A stretch of 64,000 bases of DNA. Origin: Leucoraja erinacea (lineage: Eukaryota). Below are positions 1-11,632 of the stretch, piece by piece. Each line of letters begins with the position of its first letter. The stretch's first letter is position 1. The stretch is from positions 92,938,001-93,002,000 of the forward strand of contig NC_073381.1 of assembly GCF_028641065.1 (NCBI RefSeq), written 5' to 3'. Made by a program: the position numbers and the translations under genes. Under the pieces are notes generated by a model. The model was not told the origin of the DNA. It saw only the letters and a list, made by a program, of their open reading frames with translations, and searched no databases.

Positions 1-345
1 GAATTAACATGGGGGGGTGGTCCCGAGAGGGGGGGAGAGGAAAGAGGGCGGAGAGTTGGGGCGGGGACCAGGATAGTTAGGAAAACCGGGGGCAGGAGGG
101 GTTGGGCGAGGGTGGGAACAGGGTGAACTGAGGGGTGTGGAACTTAGGGGTCGGGGGCACTGAGGAGTGAGGGGGCCACTGAGGGGTGGGGGCGTCATCT
201 CGACCCATCCATTGCAGATGCCCCCTCCCCTCTCCACACCAGGCTCCCCCCTTTCCTCACCACCACACAACCCATCAGACTGTTCCCGTTCCCTCCTGGC
301 CCAGCTGCGGGGCCCCCTCATTCCCCCGCAACTTGCCCAACCTAC

Positions 346-475
346 TCTGGCTTCATCTGGGCCATGTTGGTGGCGATGAGCCCGCCCCAATCTCCGCCGT
401 GGACGTAGTACCGCTCCAAGCCCAGTCGCCGCATCAGCTTGTGGAAAACACGGGCGGCTGCCAGCGAGTTGAAGC
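346..475 (-). CDS. EPHX1: Microsomal epoxide hydrolase, 4th coding exon (GFNSLAAARVFHKLMRRLGLERYYVHGGDWGGLIATNMAQMKPE); gene continues beyond the left edge
   Basis: GGDWG nucleophile motif (catalytic Asp); cag acceptor at 476-478 and GA|gtagg donor; 130 nt, phase-compatible with the upstream exon. Confidence 0.95.
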
Positions 476-816
476 CTGCCAACAACAGACCACGTGACAG
501 CACCGGGAACAGACAAACTCCAGCCGAACTACACCCCACCGGCAACACCCGAACCACACCCCGACCAGGAACATCCGAAACTACACCTGAAACTACACCC
601 CACCGGGAACAGCCAAAACTACCCCCAGAACTACACCCTGACCAGGAACAGCCGCACTACACGAGGGTCCGTGTACCCGACTCCACCCGACCGAGAACGC
701 CCACATCAACACCCGGCTGGCGACCCTCAAAGCTACACCCAGCCCCCTTGGGTCAGTCCCCAGTCCGCCCACCTGGTTCTCACCCCCACCCCTCCCCTCA
801 CCTTAGGGGGACTCAC

Positions 817-1020
817 CTGGTCTGCGCGGTGCCTCGGAGAAGCCATAGCCAGGGATGGAGGGACAGACCACCTCAAAGCCCCCGAGCTGGGCCCCGGGCT
901 CCGTCAGCTGTGCGATCACCTTGTAGAACTCGTAGAAGGATCCGGGCCAGCCGTGGATCAACATCAGCGGCCGTGCCGCACGCACTCCCGGTTTCACATG
1001 GACAAAGTGCACCTGGATTC
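817..1020 (-). CDS. EPHX1: EPHX1 3rd coding exon (GIQVHFVHVKP...HGWPGSFYEF...CPSIPGYGFSEAPRRPG)
   Basis: HGWP oxyanion-hole motif and PSIPGYGFS motif; ccccag acceptor, G|gtgagt donor; 204 nt, phase 1 at both ends. Confidence 0.95.
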
Positions 1021-1667
1021 CTGGGGGGGTCGAGCCAGGGGTGGGGGGTGAGAGGTCAGAGTACCACACAGAAACGGGCCCTCAAACCCTCCACATCCAT
1101 GTCGATCTTTGTAGGAAGGAAGAAACTAAGATTCTGGTTTACATTGAAGGTGGACACAATATGCTGGAGTAACTCAGCGGGACAGGCATCATTCCCAGAG
1201 AAGGAATGGGTGACGTTTCGGGTCGAGATCCTTCTTCAGTCTGAAGAATACTCCAGCATTTTGTGTCTATCGATGATTTTTGTAGTGTCCCATTTGCCTG
1301 TAGTTAGTTGGTATTCCCAATACCTTGCCTTTTCAACCGTCTGTCTAAATGTCTCTTAAACACAGGTCTCTCCTCAACCTCTTATGTTTCCGAGAAAACC
1401 ATCCAAGTTTGTCCATCCATCCAGGTTTCTCTCTTTATGGCCAACACCTGCTAATCTAGGCAGTAAACCCGTAAACCTCTCAAAAACGGCTACATCCTTA
1501 ACTACCTTTCCGATCATCATCATCATCATCATCGGCAATCACATGAAACAAGTGTGACTGTCCTCTTATGGAAGACGCCTGTGCGTGACTTTGTTTAACA
1601 TGGGGAGACTGGTGCACAGACAGCCACCACACGGAGACCCTATCCAGACTTCTTATAACTATATATA

Positions 1668-2031
1668 CAGGTCCACCACTGATTTTCCGGCAACTGGTGG
1701 TCCTGCATCTCCTTTAATCCAGAACGCATTTGAGTCCGACCCCCCCCCCACACCCACCGGGATTCCCCTCCCCCAGAAAATGTGGCACCAAGGTCGGGTG
1801 AGGCAGCCGATTGCGACCTCATCGAGATCTCTGCAGCCGATCGGCAGGTGGAATTTCCCTCTACGGACAAGTTTCCAGAACTCCGGTCCAGCTGGTGCCG
1901 GCAGATCTGTTCCCGTGCCAGACTTTGCAGGTCGGTACCTCGGCTCCCTGCCGGACTAGGCGGACCGGTCCACTTCTCTCTGACAAAACGGCTCTGGAAC
2001 CAAGGGTTCCGGAACATTGGTGGTGGGCCTG
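1668..2031. mobile_element. Tc1/mariner (Tigger/pogo-like) MITE inserted in a CR1 fragment
   Basis: TA-CAGGTCCACCAC ... GTGGTGGGCCTG-TA imperfect TIRs with TA duplication; CR1 sequence resumes on both sides. Confidence 0.75.
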
Positions 2032-2591
2032 TACCTCCGTCGGGTCATCCCTAGGCCTCCTATGCTCCAGGGAATACAAGCCCAGCCTATCCAGCCTCTC
2101 CGTAAATAAAGGCTTCCAACCCAGGCAAAACCCTGGGGAATTTCCTCTGCCCTCCCTCCAGCACTCCCATGCCTTCCACTTACCCATAAACAACCTGCAA
2201 TGTGAACAAACCTGTAACAAAGGCCTGAACAGCATGGCTTCCAACTCTGAGCCACAATTGACCATGTTTAGTCGGTCCCGTGTACATTCAAACACAACAA
2301 GCCGCTCTGAAGAAGGGTTTCGGCCCGAAACGTTGCCTATTTCCTTCGCTCCATAGATGCTGCTGCACCCGCTGAGTTTCTCCAGCTTTTTTGTGTATCT
2401 TCGATTTTCCAGCATCTGCAGTTCCTTCTTAAATAAGCTGCTCCCCCCTGATGGTCCAACCTTCGTTGCTCCAAACGAGAAGGCCACTCTGCCCATCAAA
2501 AACACCTTGTAATCCCACTCTACACTGGAACCCCCTACCCCACATCCACAGCTCTGGCCAAGACGTCAGTCCTAGTTGCAGTCAAACCTAC

Positions 2592-2772
2592 CTTCGATTT
2601 TGGTTCTGAAATGTGGGAAGGTGTTTAGGTGCTCCACCTGCTTCTGCCAATCATAGTCCTTTCTCCAGTAGGCCACCAGCTTCCTTAGGTAGGTGGAGTT
2701 AAAGCCGTAGTGAAAGCTGCTGCCCTCCAGTGACGGAGTGAAACGGGTGTTGTCCAGACGACTGTGCAGGTC
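2592..2772 (-). CDS. EPHX1: EPHX1 2nd coding exon (DLHSRLDNTRFTPSLEGSSFHYGFNSTYLRKLVAYWRKDYDWQKQVEHLNTFPHFRTKIE)
   Basis: EH N-terminal domain motifs (FHYGFNS, YW..DW.KQ, PHF.TKIEG); tacag acceptor, G|gtagg donor; 181 nt. Confidence 0.95.
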
Positions 2773-2977
2773 CTGTAGCCAATGAAACAACATTGATATG
2801 ACCTGGTTAACCCACGCAAACACACAAGACAAAGGAAATTCACCATATCTCCACTGACCTACCAACATGAGCAGCATCCAATTGAGATGTATCACAGTTT
2901 GGTTTGGGAACAGCTTTGTCCAAAGGCCGAAGAAACTGTAGAGATGTAGATGTGGCCCAGTCCATTACACAGACACC

Positions 2978-3736
2978 AAAACTATTTTTGAACTTGAACC
3001 TGGTTTTTGAATTACGTTACGCGGCTCTGAAGTACCTGCATTCGGGAGTTGTAACAAAATGGGGGCTCGTCCGGGATGTCTGTGCTACTGAATAGTTGCT
3101 GAGATTTGGTTGTGTTTTTTAGTTCATTTTCAGAAACTTATTCAGTATCTTAAGGTGGGGGTGTTATGCGCTCCCTCTGCTGGTGTTATAGGGTACTCAC
3201 CTGTTTCTGTTTTCTCCTGAGTGCAGGCGTGGCTGTGAGTCAGGAATCACGGGGTTAAATGCTCCTGTACACGATTGGCCAAGCTGCGTCAGGTGACGGG
3301 TGACTCGTCTGAAGCTTAAATACCAGAAGCTCCCAGGATTCTCTCTCTTCTTCGTAGACCCTGACTTGTGAGCAGCCTGCTGGTGTGAGCTGCAGAAGGC
3401 CTGGCCACATGGCATAGAACTTTGTGTACTTTCACCATTCCTTGTTAACAAATATTGAATTGGGACGGATAAGGCACCTTAGTGTTTTTGTGTATTTTGT
3501 TTCAGGGTTATATCTCTTTAGGCAGGTTTTAAAGTCTTCCGTTCGACGGTCCATCACATGGCTGGCTGGAGCATTGTTAAATTGTTTGTCAGTTCATCCA
3601 TATCCCTGACTGGGTTGTTTGAATCAGGTTTGAGTTTTTGTGTTCCATTGACTAATTAAAACTATTTTTGAACTTGAACCTGGTTTTTGAATTATGTTAC
3701 GTGGCTCTGAAGTACCTGCATTCGGGAGTCATAACA
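2978..3736 (+). mobile_element. Miniature non-autonomous LTR retroelement (truncated 5' LTR, tRNA-Pro PBS, PPT, full 575-bp 3' LTR)
   Basis: 2978-3056 repeats 3658-3736; TGGGGGCTCGTCCGGGAT at 3060-3077; AAGGTGGGGG before LTR TGTTATG(3162)...CATAACA(3736). Confidence 0.85.
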
Positions 3737-6470
3737 ACCATCAAATCCGTCTACACTTCACAATGTTTCAGGAAAACAACCAAAGTAACCCGGTTATTCC
3801 CTCTACTACCATTTCCCATCAGGCAGAAGCTACAAAAGCTTGAAAGCACAGACCACCAGATTCAAGAAGTTTCTTCCCACATGTTATTCAACCACTGAAT
3901 GGATTCCGCATAGCCAATGGTGAAGCCCTGATCTCCCAACCTACCTCATTGCAGTCTTTGCTCTTTGTCCCTATCTACACCTTCTCTGCTATAATACTGC
4001 AACACTATATACTGCACTCTGATTATTATTTTCTTTGCATAACCTGTTGTACAAGTGTGTAGCTTGATTGCTCTCATGCATAATATGATTTGACTAGATA
4101 GCATGTAAATAATGTCCCCATGCAAATTTGAGGAAATATTATACAAATAGAACCGCTTGGATAGTGACTTTTATATAAGCTAGGTAATTTGCAAAAGAAA
4201 AGCTTAAAGTTTTCCTGAACCGAAATAAAGTGCAAACAGACACATACACACAGGCAAAGATGAATCAAAACATGGAGGCCTGAACCAGAACCTGCTTAGC
4301 TTAGGTTATTGTTTGGGGCAATTATAGCACTGGAGGAAATTGTATTTGATATGGCTTTGTGTTGAAGATTGAGAAGCTGAATAAGGGGCCTCTTCTTAGG
4401 CCATCTGCTCTGTCTCTATGGTACATTTTTGAGCTCTGAATGTGACATAAAGGTGAAGAGTTATGGCTTGTTTTGCTAGGTTTGAGAGAATTCAAGGCTG
4501 AGAGATGATAGACTGCAGTTAGCTTTGGCTGTGTAAAATAATAATGAGTGTGATAAGGAATAAGGTGTAAGTGAAAGAATAGTTGCTTTGAGAAATAATT
4601 AGATTGAGGGAGTAGTTTATAGAAGGTTGAAGCAGATGGAATTCTGACGTAATGGTCTGAGATGTAGTCTCTTGTGTTCTGCCTGGTACATGAGATTGGA
4701 AATCCTACTTCCCGATAACAGGAAAGGCACCAAACTCATATTAAGTAAATTGACAGATTTACGACCCATGTATCTTTGGATGGAAGATGGAAATGTGCGT
4801 TTTGAACTTAGAAACTGTAATTCAGCAAACTTATATAATTAATGTTTTAAAGACATAGGTAATGGTATTTCAAAATGTGTAAAATTATAGTAACACCAAT
4901 TATGAAATGTATTGGCTTAATAGAAAGGTACACTTTAGACTTATAGAAATTGTTTAGATTTATAGAAATATATTTTCTTTTGGTATAGACAGTGTGTATG
5001 ACTTGTGTGATCATTGTGTTATATATGTATCTTGTATTTTGAGGAATGGTCTTTCATAAGAGCCTACTGGGGTTTTGCTGTGTTGAAATAAAATAATTCT
5101 AAAGCAGTTATAAAGCACAGGCAAACAAAGGCTGTAATGAGGCCAGGGAAGGGGGATCATGTGACTGATGTTGTAAATCACCAGAAGGACCCAGATGATT
5201 GGTTACTAGCTTGTCATACCCTCTGTATCTAAAATGTCTAATACCTAAATAAATGCCATGAGTTTGTATCAAAGTTACTCCTCTCTGGACCCGCCCCAGA
5301 GCATCAGCTCTGTGTTGGAAGGTTCAAGAGACTAGTCTCAGCCGAATAAAGAATTGATTTTAACAGCAACAAGTGTTTGAGTCAAGTTGACTTTAGATTG
5401 AAAGAACTCAGTTTAACAAATTTACATTGAAAGACATGGACCAGGCGGTGAATGAGTGTCACCCAGCGCAGCAAGTGAGGCCATGTCCTGCTCCCGGTGG
5501 CAGTCGGAATTTAAGAATTTGCAGGAAGCGGCTGACATGAGCGAGGCCGGCGAGCAGCAGGTGTTCACATGGGCCGTAGAACCAGGGGGGCTGGAGGTGC
5601 TGCGGTGGAAGATAGTGGCCTTCTAATGGGGGTGAGGAGGTTATTATTTGTCTTTAATTTTAGCTGGAACCAGGACATCTTAAGATTCAAAGTAATTGTA
5701 ATTGTATAGTAATTGTGCTGATACTGGCTCCAAACAACCACGTAATGAATATCATCCATTCTGGAGGTTTTCTTTTTATTTTATAGTTATGCAGTGAGAC
5801 CCAGGTTGGTCAACATGGGCCAAGTGCTTGATTACAATCTGATTTCCATACATGAATAAACTAAGATCATTCATGTGCTGCACCTGTTTATCGGAGCCTG
5901 GCTCTACTGTGGAATGTAATTAGGAATGTAAATTAGCCTTATTTTATTTTATTTTTCTGATACTATTTAAACTTCACAATTTGCCCTCGGTACATATTAA
6001 CTGTAATATAATAATGTATGCACGTTGGTAGGTGCAATCAAAACAAATATCTTTTTATCATTGTTGTGTTATGAATACCACAGAAAATATTATGTACCCT
6101 CAAGATCACATTAAATAGAATAATATTGCTTAAATATATAGTTATTGGACTTTGCATTTCGGAAATGTCCCAGCTGAGAGGAAGACAGCAAAATACTGAA
6201 AATATTGGGGGTGAAAATGACTTCAGGACAGCTTGTTAGGAAAATGAAGGAAATGGTAACAGAATACTTATACAGCCGAGTGAGTATAATTTTATGGATG
6301 AGAAATTGTGTTCAACCAATTGATGACTTATTTGACAAAGTAACGAGCATGTTGGATAACAAGGAAGCCAATGGGTGTAGCAAATTTTGTTATACACAAT
6401 TTGGTCCGTGAAGTGCCCCATAAAAGATTACCGCATTAGATAAGCACCTGTGGACTTGACAGCAATAGGT

Positions 6471-7230
6471 TAGAAACATAGAAACATAGAAATTAGGTGC
6501 AGGAGTAGGCCATTCAGCCCTTCGAGCCTGCACCGCCATTCAATATGATCATGGCTGATCATCCAACTCAGTATCCCCGTACCTGCCTTCTCTCCATACC
6601 CCCTGATCCCCTTAGCCACAAGGGCCACATCTAACTCCCTCTTAAATATAGCCAATGAACTGGCCTCAACTACCCTCTGTGGCAGAGAGTTCCAGAGATT
6701 CACCACTCTCTGTGTGAAAAAAGCTCTTCTCATCTCGGTTTTTAAAGGATTTCCCCTTTATCCTTAGGCTGTGACCCCTTGTCCTGGACTTCCCTAACAT
6801 CGGGAACAATCTTCCTGCATCTAGCCTGTCCAACCCCTTAAGAATTTTGTAAGTTTCTATAAGATCCCCTCTCAATCTCCTAAATTCTAGAGAGTATAAA
6901 CCAAGTCTACCCAGTCTTTCTTCATAACACAGTCCTGACATCCCAGGAATCAGTCTGGTGAACCATCTCTGCACTCCCTCTATGGCAATAATGTCCTTCC
7001 TCAGATTTGGAGACCAAAACTGTACGCAATACTCCAGGTGTGGTCTCACCAAGACCCTGTACAACTGCAGTAGAACCTCTCTGCTCCTATACTCAAATCC
7101 TTTTGCAATGAAAGCTAACATACCATTCGCTTTCTTTACTGCCTGCTGCACCTGCATGCCTACCTTCAATGACTGGTGTACCATGACACCCAGGTCTCGC
7201 TGCATCTCCCCCTTTCCCAATCGGCCACCA
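6471..7230 (-). mobile_element. CR1-clade (HER1-like) LINE, 5'-truncated 3' end
   Basis: ORF2 C-terminus (LVRPHLEYCVQFWSP, RRLRGDLIETYKI, TRGH); (TTTCTATG)n tail. Confidence 0.9.
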
Positions 7231-8856
7231 GGTTAAGTCTAGGGGGTCAGATATGGGGCTTTATGTGTATGCCAACTATATTGTCAGTGCGGAGGGGTTA
7301 GGAGCAAGGCCATCTGTGCATCCAGAGTCAAGGTCTGGAATAGTACTAGGTGTTCAGTCAAAGCGGGGACAATGGGAGTGTTCAGCACTGGGAACCTAAG
7401 CAGGTAAGCAGCTATGATCAAGGTAGAATAGGGGGCCAGGTGTAAGGCTGGACAGGGTCAGGAATGAGAGAAGGTATGCAACTGGAGTCGGGGTCAGGAG
7501 TAGTACCAGGTGTGCAGTGAGACCCAGGTTGGTCAACATGGGCCAAGTGCTTGATTATAATCTGATTTCCATACATGAATAAACTAAGATCATTCATGTG
7601 CTGCACCTGTTTATCGGAGCCTGGCTCTACTGTGGAATGTAATTAGGAATGTAATTTAGCCTTATTCATAGCTAATCCAATTGAAAGCATAAATATTGCA
7701 TTCAAGTGTAAGCTAAAAGACTTGCTACAGTATGCACCAGATTGCGCAATTTCAAGTTGAAAAATGCAAAAGCCTCCCTCCCACACTCTGCATGATGGTC
7801 TGGGCTGCGTCCACAATTCTCTGCAATTTCTTGCTTGTCTTGGATGGAGCAGTTCCCAAACCGTGCTGTGATGCATCCCGATAAAATGCTTTCCAAGGCA
7901 CATCTGTGGAAGTTGGTGAGAGTTGTTGGGGTCATACCGAACTTCCTAAGCCTAAGGCTGTAGACTCCCTTGTTTTAGACTCCCCTGCCATGGTATAAAA
8001 CTCTGACCATCTACCCTATCCATGACGTTCGTGATTTTATAAACCGTTGTAAGGACTTCTAATGTTCCAGTGAGAGTAAACTCAATGTATCTAATCTCCC
8101 CTTGTAACGAAAGCTCTCCATTCCAGGCAACAACTTCTGCACTCTCTGTGTTGCACTGCTCCCCTCTGCCTACAATCACCAAGCCAATTTTGGATCAATT
8201 TAGCCAACAGTCTTGTGCCTTCACCTTCTGCATCAGTCTAGCATCAGGGACCATGTCAAAAGCCTGATGCCCTGCCCTCATCAATATTCTTAGCTACTTC
8301 CTCAAAAAAACTAAAATGTGTGCACATGATCTCCCTACACTCAACCATGCTGACTCCTTCTCATCAGTCCCTCTTTTCCAAGTGAACATGTCATGTCCCC
8401 TTGCTCAGAATCTTCACTGCCAACTCCCTTACCACTAATGTCAGGCTCGCCAGCCTGAAGGTTAACCACCCCTTTTGAACAAAGAGACATACAGTTTCCT
8501 CCAAGCTTCTGGTACATCATCCGTGACTAAAGAAGATGCAACATTTCCCTGCGTAGGAAGAAACTGCAAATGCTGGTTTAAACAGTAGACACAAAAAGCT
8601 CGAAGGGGCAGCCGGCACCTATGGAGAAAATGAATAGGTGACGTTTCGGGTCGAGACCCTTCTTCAGGGTCAGACCCGTAAAGTTACTCCAGCTTTATGT
8701 GTCTATCTTCTGCAGAATGTCCTCTCCTGCTTCCATTACTGACATTGGGTAAATCCAGTCAGCACCTGGGGATTTATAAACCTGAATCTGCTTTAATGTT
8801 TCCACTATTTGCTCCTTCCTGATGCTGACATGCTCCAGAATATCATCCCAACCTTT

Positions 8857-9137
8857 GGGCCTGTCCCACTTAGGAGATTTATTAGGCAACTACAGGCGAC
8901 TAGTTTGTCGCCACATGTTCGCTGGTGGTCGCTGGGACTAGTCTCCTCAATCGCGTAAAAAGTCTTTCTGGTCGCCGCTAAATTTTCGACATGTTGAAAA
9001 TTTTTCGGTGACAGTGGGTTTGAGGCCAATGAGAGTAGCTTGACTTCTCCTGACGTTGGTGCTGGTTTTTCGGCGGCCTGCTATGAACATGATAGTCGCC
9101 GGCAGTTGCCTAAAAAATCACTAAGTGGGACAGGCCC
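8857..9137. mobile_element. PIF/Harbinger-like MITE
   Basis: TIRs GGGCCTGTCCCACTTAG ... CTAAGTGGGACAGGCCC; related copy at 57033-57238; TSD unclear here. Confidence 0.7.
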
Positions 9138-9296
9138 AGAACTCTCTAACTTCCATATCCATCTTCCTGGTAAATACTGTTGAGAAGTAATAATTTAGGA
9201 TCTTACTCACATCACTTGGCTCCAGACACGGACAACCTCTTCAGTCCCCAATGATACCCATTCGTTCCTGAGCTACTGCCTTGCTCTTAACATATC

Positions 9297-10175
9297 CGGT
9301 AGGCGGCGCGACTCTGGTCAGCAGCGGCCTCTGCAGCCTGTCCGCGTTTTTATTATTTTTTGTCTGTGTTTTTATGTAGTTTTTTGTTATTTTATGTTGG
9401 GGTGTGTGTGTGGGGGGGTGGGGGTGGGGTGGGGGTGGGGGGGGGGAAACTTTTGAATCTCTCCCTGCACTGGAGACCCGACCTTTTCTCGTCGGGTCTC
9501 AGTTGTCGTTGGGGCCGCAACGAGGAGCGGCCTCCAACAGGAAGAGACCGGGGACTCTGGTGCTACGACTCACCGTCGCCGTCACGGAGCTGGCCGAGAC
9601 CAGAGCGGGTGGAGCGGTGGAGGAGCACTGCCGCTGCCGCTGCTGCTGCTGCCGCTGCTGCTGCCGCCGATTCGGAGGCTGCTACTGCGGGTCTGGCGGA
9701 CGGCGGCACCGGGAGCCCGCGGCTCCGTGGAGGGAGACTGCTTTTCGGGGCTCCTGCAACGGCGACTTCTCCCGCCCGAGTTGCGGGGGTCGAAGAGCTC
9801 CTGGAGCGGGGCCTGACATCACTGCCCCGCGCGGCTTGGAATGGCCGCGGGACTCTGCGAGCGCACACCGGGGTCTTTAACACCAAGACCCGGTGTGCGA
9901 CCTTGCATCACCCGGCGTGGCTTCAATGGCCACGGGAGAATCGCCATCGCCAGCCGGGGGCTTTGACTTTGACTCTGACATCGGGGGGGGGGGAGAGTGC
10001 AGTGGAGAGATACGTTTTTTTGGCCTTCCATCACAGCGATGTGATGGATGTTTATGTAAAATGTAATTATGTTGTGTCTGGGGTTTATTTGTGTGTAATG
10101 TATGGCTGCAGAAACGGCATTTCATTTGGACCTCCAGGGGTCCAAATGACGAATAAATAGACTATTGACTATTGA
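9297..10175 (+). mobile_element. GC-rich non-coding retroposon with 3' stem-loop, AATAAA and short tandem tail
   Basis: 3' region (GCCTTCCAYCAC..., hairpin, AATAAA, tail) shared with about 37420-38180 (+), 50235-50660 (-) and 62490-62935 (+). Confidence 0.55.
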
Positions 10176-11632
10176 ACATAAAAGGTTTTGTGATTCTCCT
10201 TAATCGTACTTGCCATAATCATCTCATGGTCCATTCTTGCTCTCCTAATTTAAGTTATTTATGCTCTGAAGGGGACGAGTTTCAACGCGGCAGTCGATCG
10301 TGCACAGTGCGCTCCCACTTGCCGGGCCCGTCAGCCACGCGTGCGCAGTTCGGGGAGGGTTGCCGGGCCTGGTATCCGCGCGTGCGCAGTTGGCGGAGGC
10401 GTCACAACGGGGACTCAATTGTCCACGTGTCGTTCCCTATTAAAGTCCAATTTCCAATACCTGATATAGATGCTTTATTTTTCCTGATCAAATCTTCAAT
10501 ATTCTTCATTAATCAGCATTCTTAAACTTATCATCTTTGCCTCTTTCCTTTACAGTGTTAAGGTCGCTCTGAACATCTACCATCTGCTTTTAAAAGCCTC
10601 ACTCATGGCAGATGCTCCCAATCTACTTCAGCCAGGTCCTGCCTTACAGGAATGAGAGGAATAGATCGGGTAGATGCACAGTTTCTTGCCCGGAGTGGGT
10701 AAATCGAGGATCAGAGGATATAGGTTAAAGATTTAATAGGAACCTGAGGGGTAACCTTTTCACACAAAGGGTGGTGGGTGTATGAAACAAGCTGCCAGAG
10801 GAGGTAGTTGAGGCTGGGACTATCCCAACATTTAAGAAGCAGTTAGACAGGTATATGGATAGGACAAGTTTGGAGGGATGTGGACCAAACACGGGCAGAT
10901 GGGACCAGTGTAGCTGGGACATTGTTGGCCAGTCTGGGCAAGTTGAGTCAAAGGGCCTGTTTCCACACTGTATCACTCTCTGACTCTACATGATCAAAAA
11001 CCTTCTTCCCGCTGTTTCAGGGCCTATCCTGAGGACCAATCTTATCTTTCTCCAGGGCTACCTTGAAGAAATGACAAAACGTACAGGATGCAGATAGAGC
11101 TTGGTGACACAGTTAAAACTGCAATCTGTCCGTCGATGCCAGCAAAACGAAGGAGCTGGTCATCGATTTCAGGCTGCGGCTTCAAGTATACGACCCTGCG
11201 TGTGTCAATGGTTCTGAAGTGGAGATGGTCGAGGGCTTCAAATTCCTAGGTATAAACATCAGCAACAACAGGTCTACCCACACTGAGGCTGCAGCCAATG
11301 CCTCAGATGCTATTTCGTCAGATGACGAATGAGGTTTGGCACATCACCAACGACTATCACCCATTTCACAATCTGCCCCAAGCAGTTTGTTATCTGCACT
11401 GATGGCTAATGCGGGATGGCGTCAACATTCAAGTTCCTATTTAGAGTTTATAGATACAGCGTGGAAACAGGCCCTTCGACACGCCGGGTCCGTGCTGACC
11501 AGTGATCACCTCCTACACTTTATCCTCCACACTAGTGACACTTTCCAGAAGCCAACTGACCTACAAACCTGCACGTCTTTGAGCGTGGGAGGAAATCAGA
11601 GCACCCAGAGAAATCCCATGCGGTCACACGGG

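Noticed and set aside
439-1359. 306-aa plus-strand ORF
   Set aside because: Antisense to EPHX1 exons and a CTACACCC-type intronic repeat; no recognisable domain
5140-5418. Possible LTR (purine tract, AATAAA, ending TTAACA)
   Set aside because: No second LTR, TSD or PBS found; boundaries cannot be supported
9360-10160. 266-aa poly-Ala ORF and CpG island
   Set aside because: Lies in a dispersed GC-rich repeat with a (GCT/GCC)n tract; no splice or domain evidence
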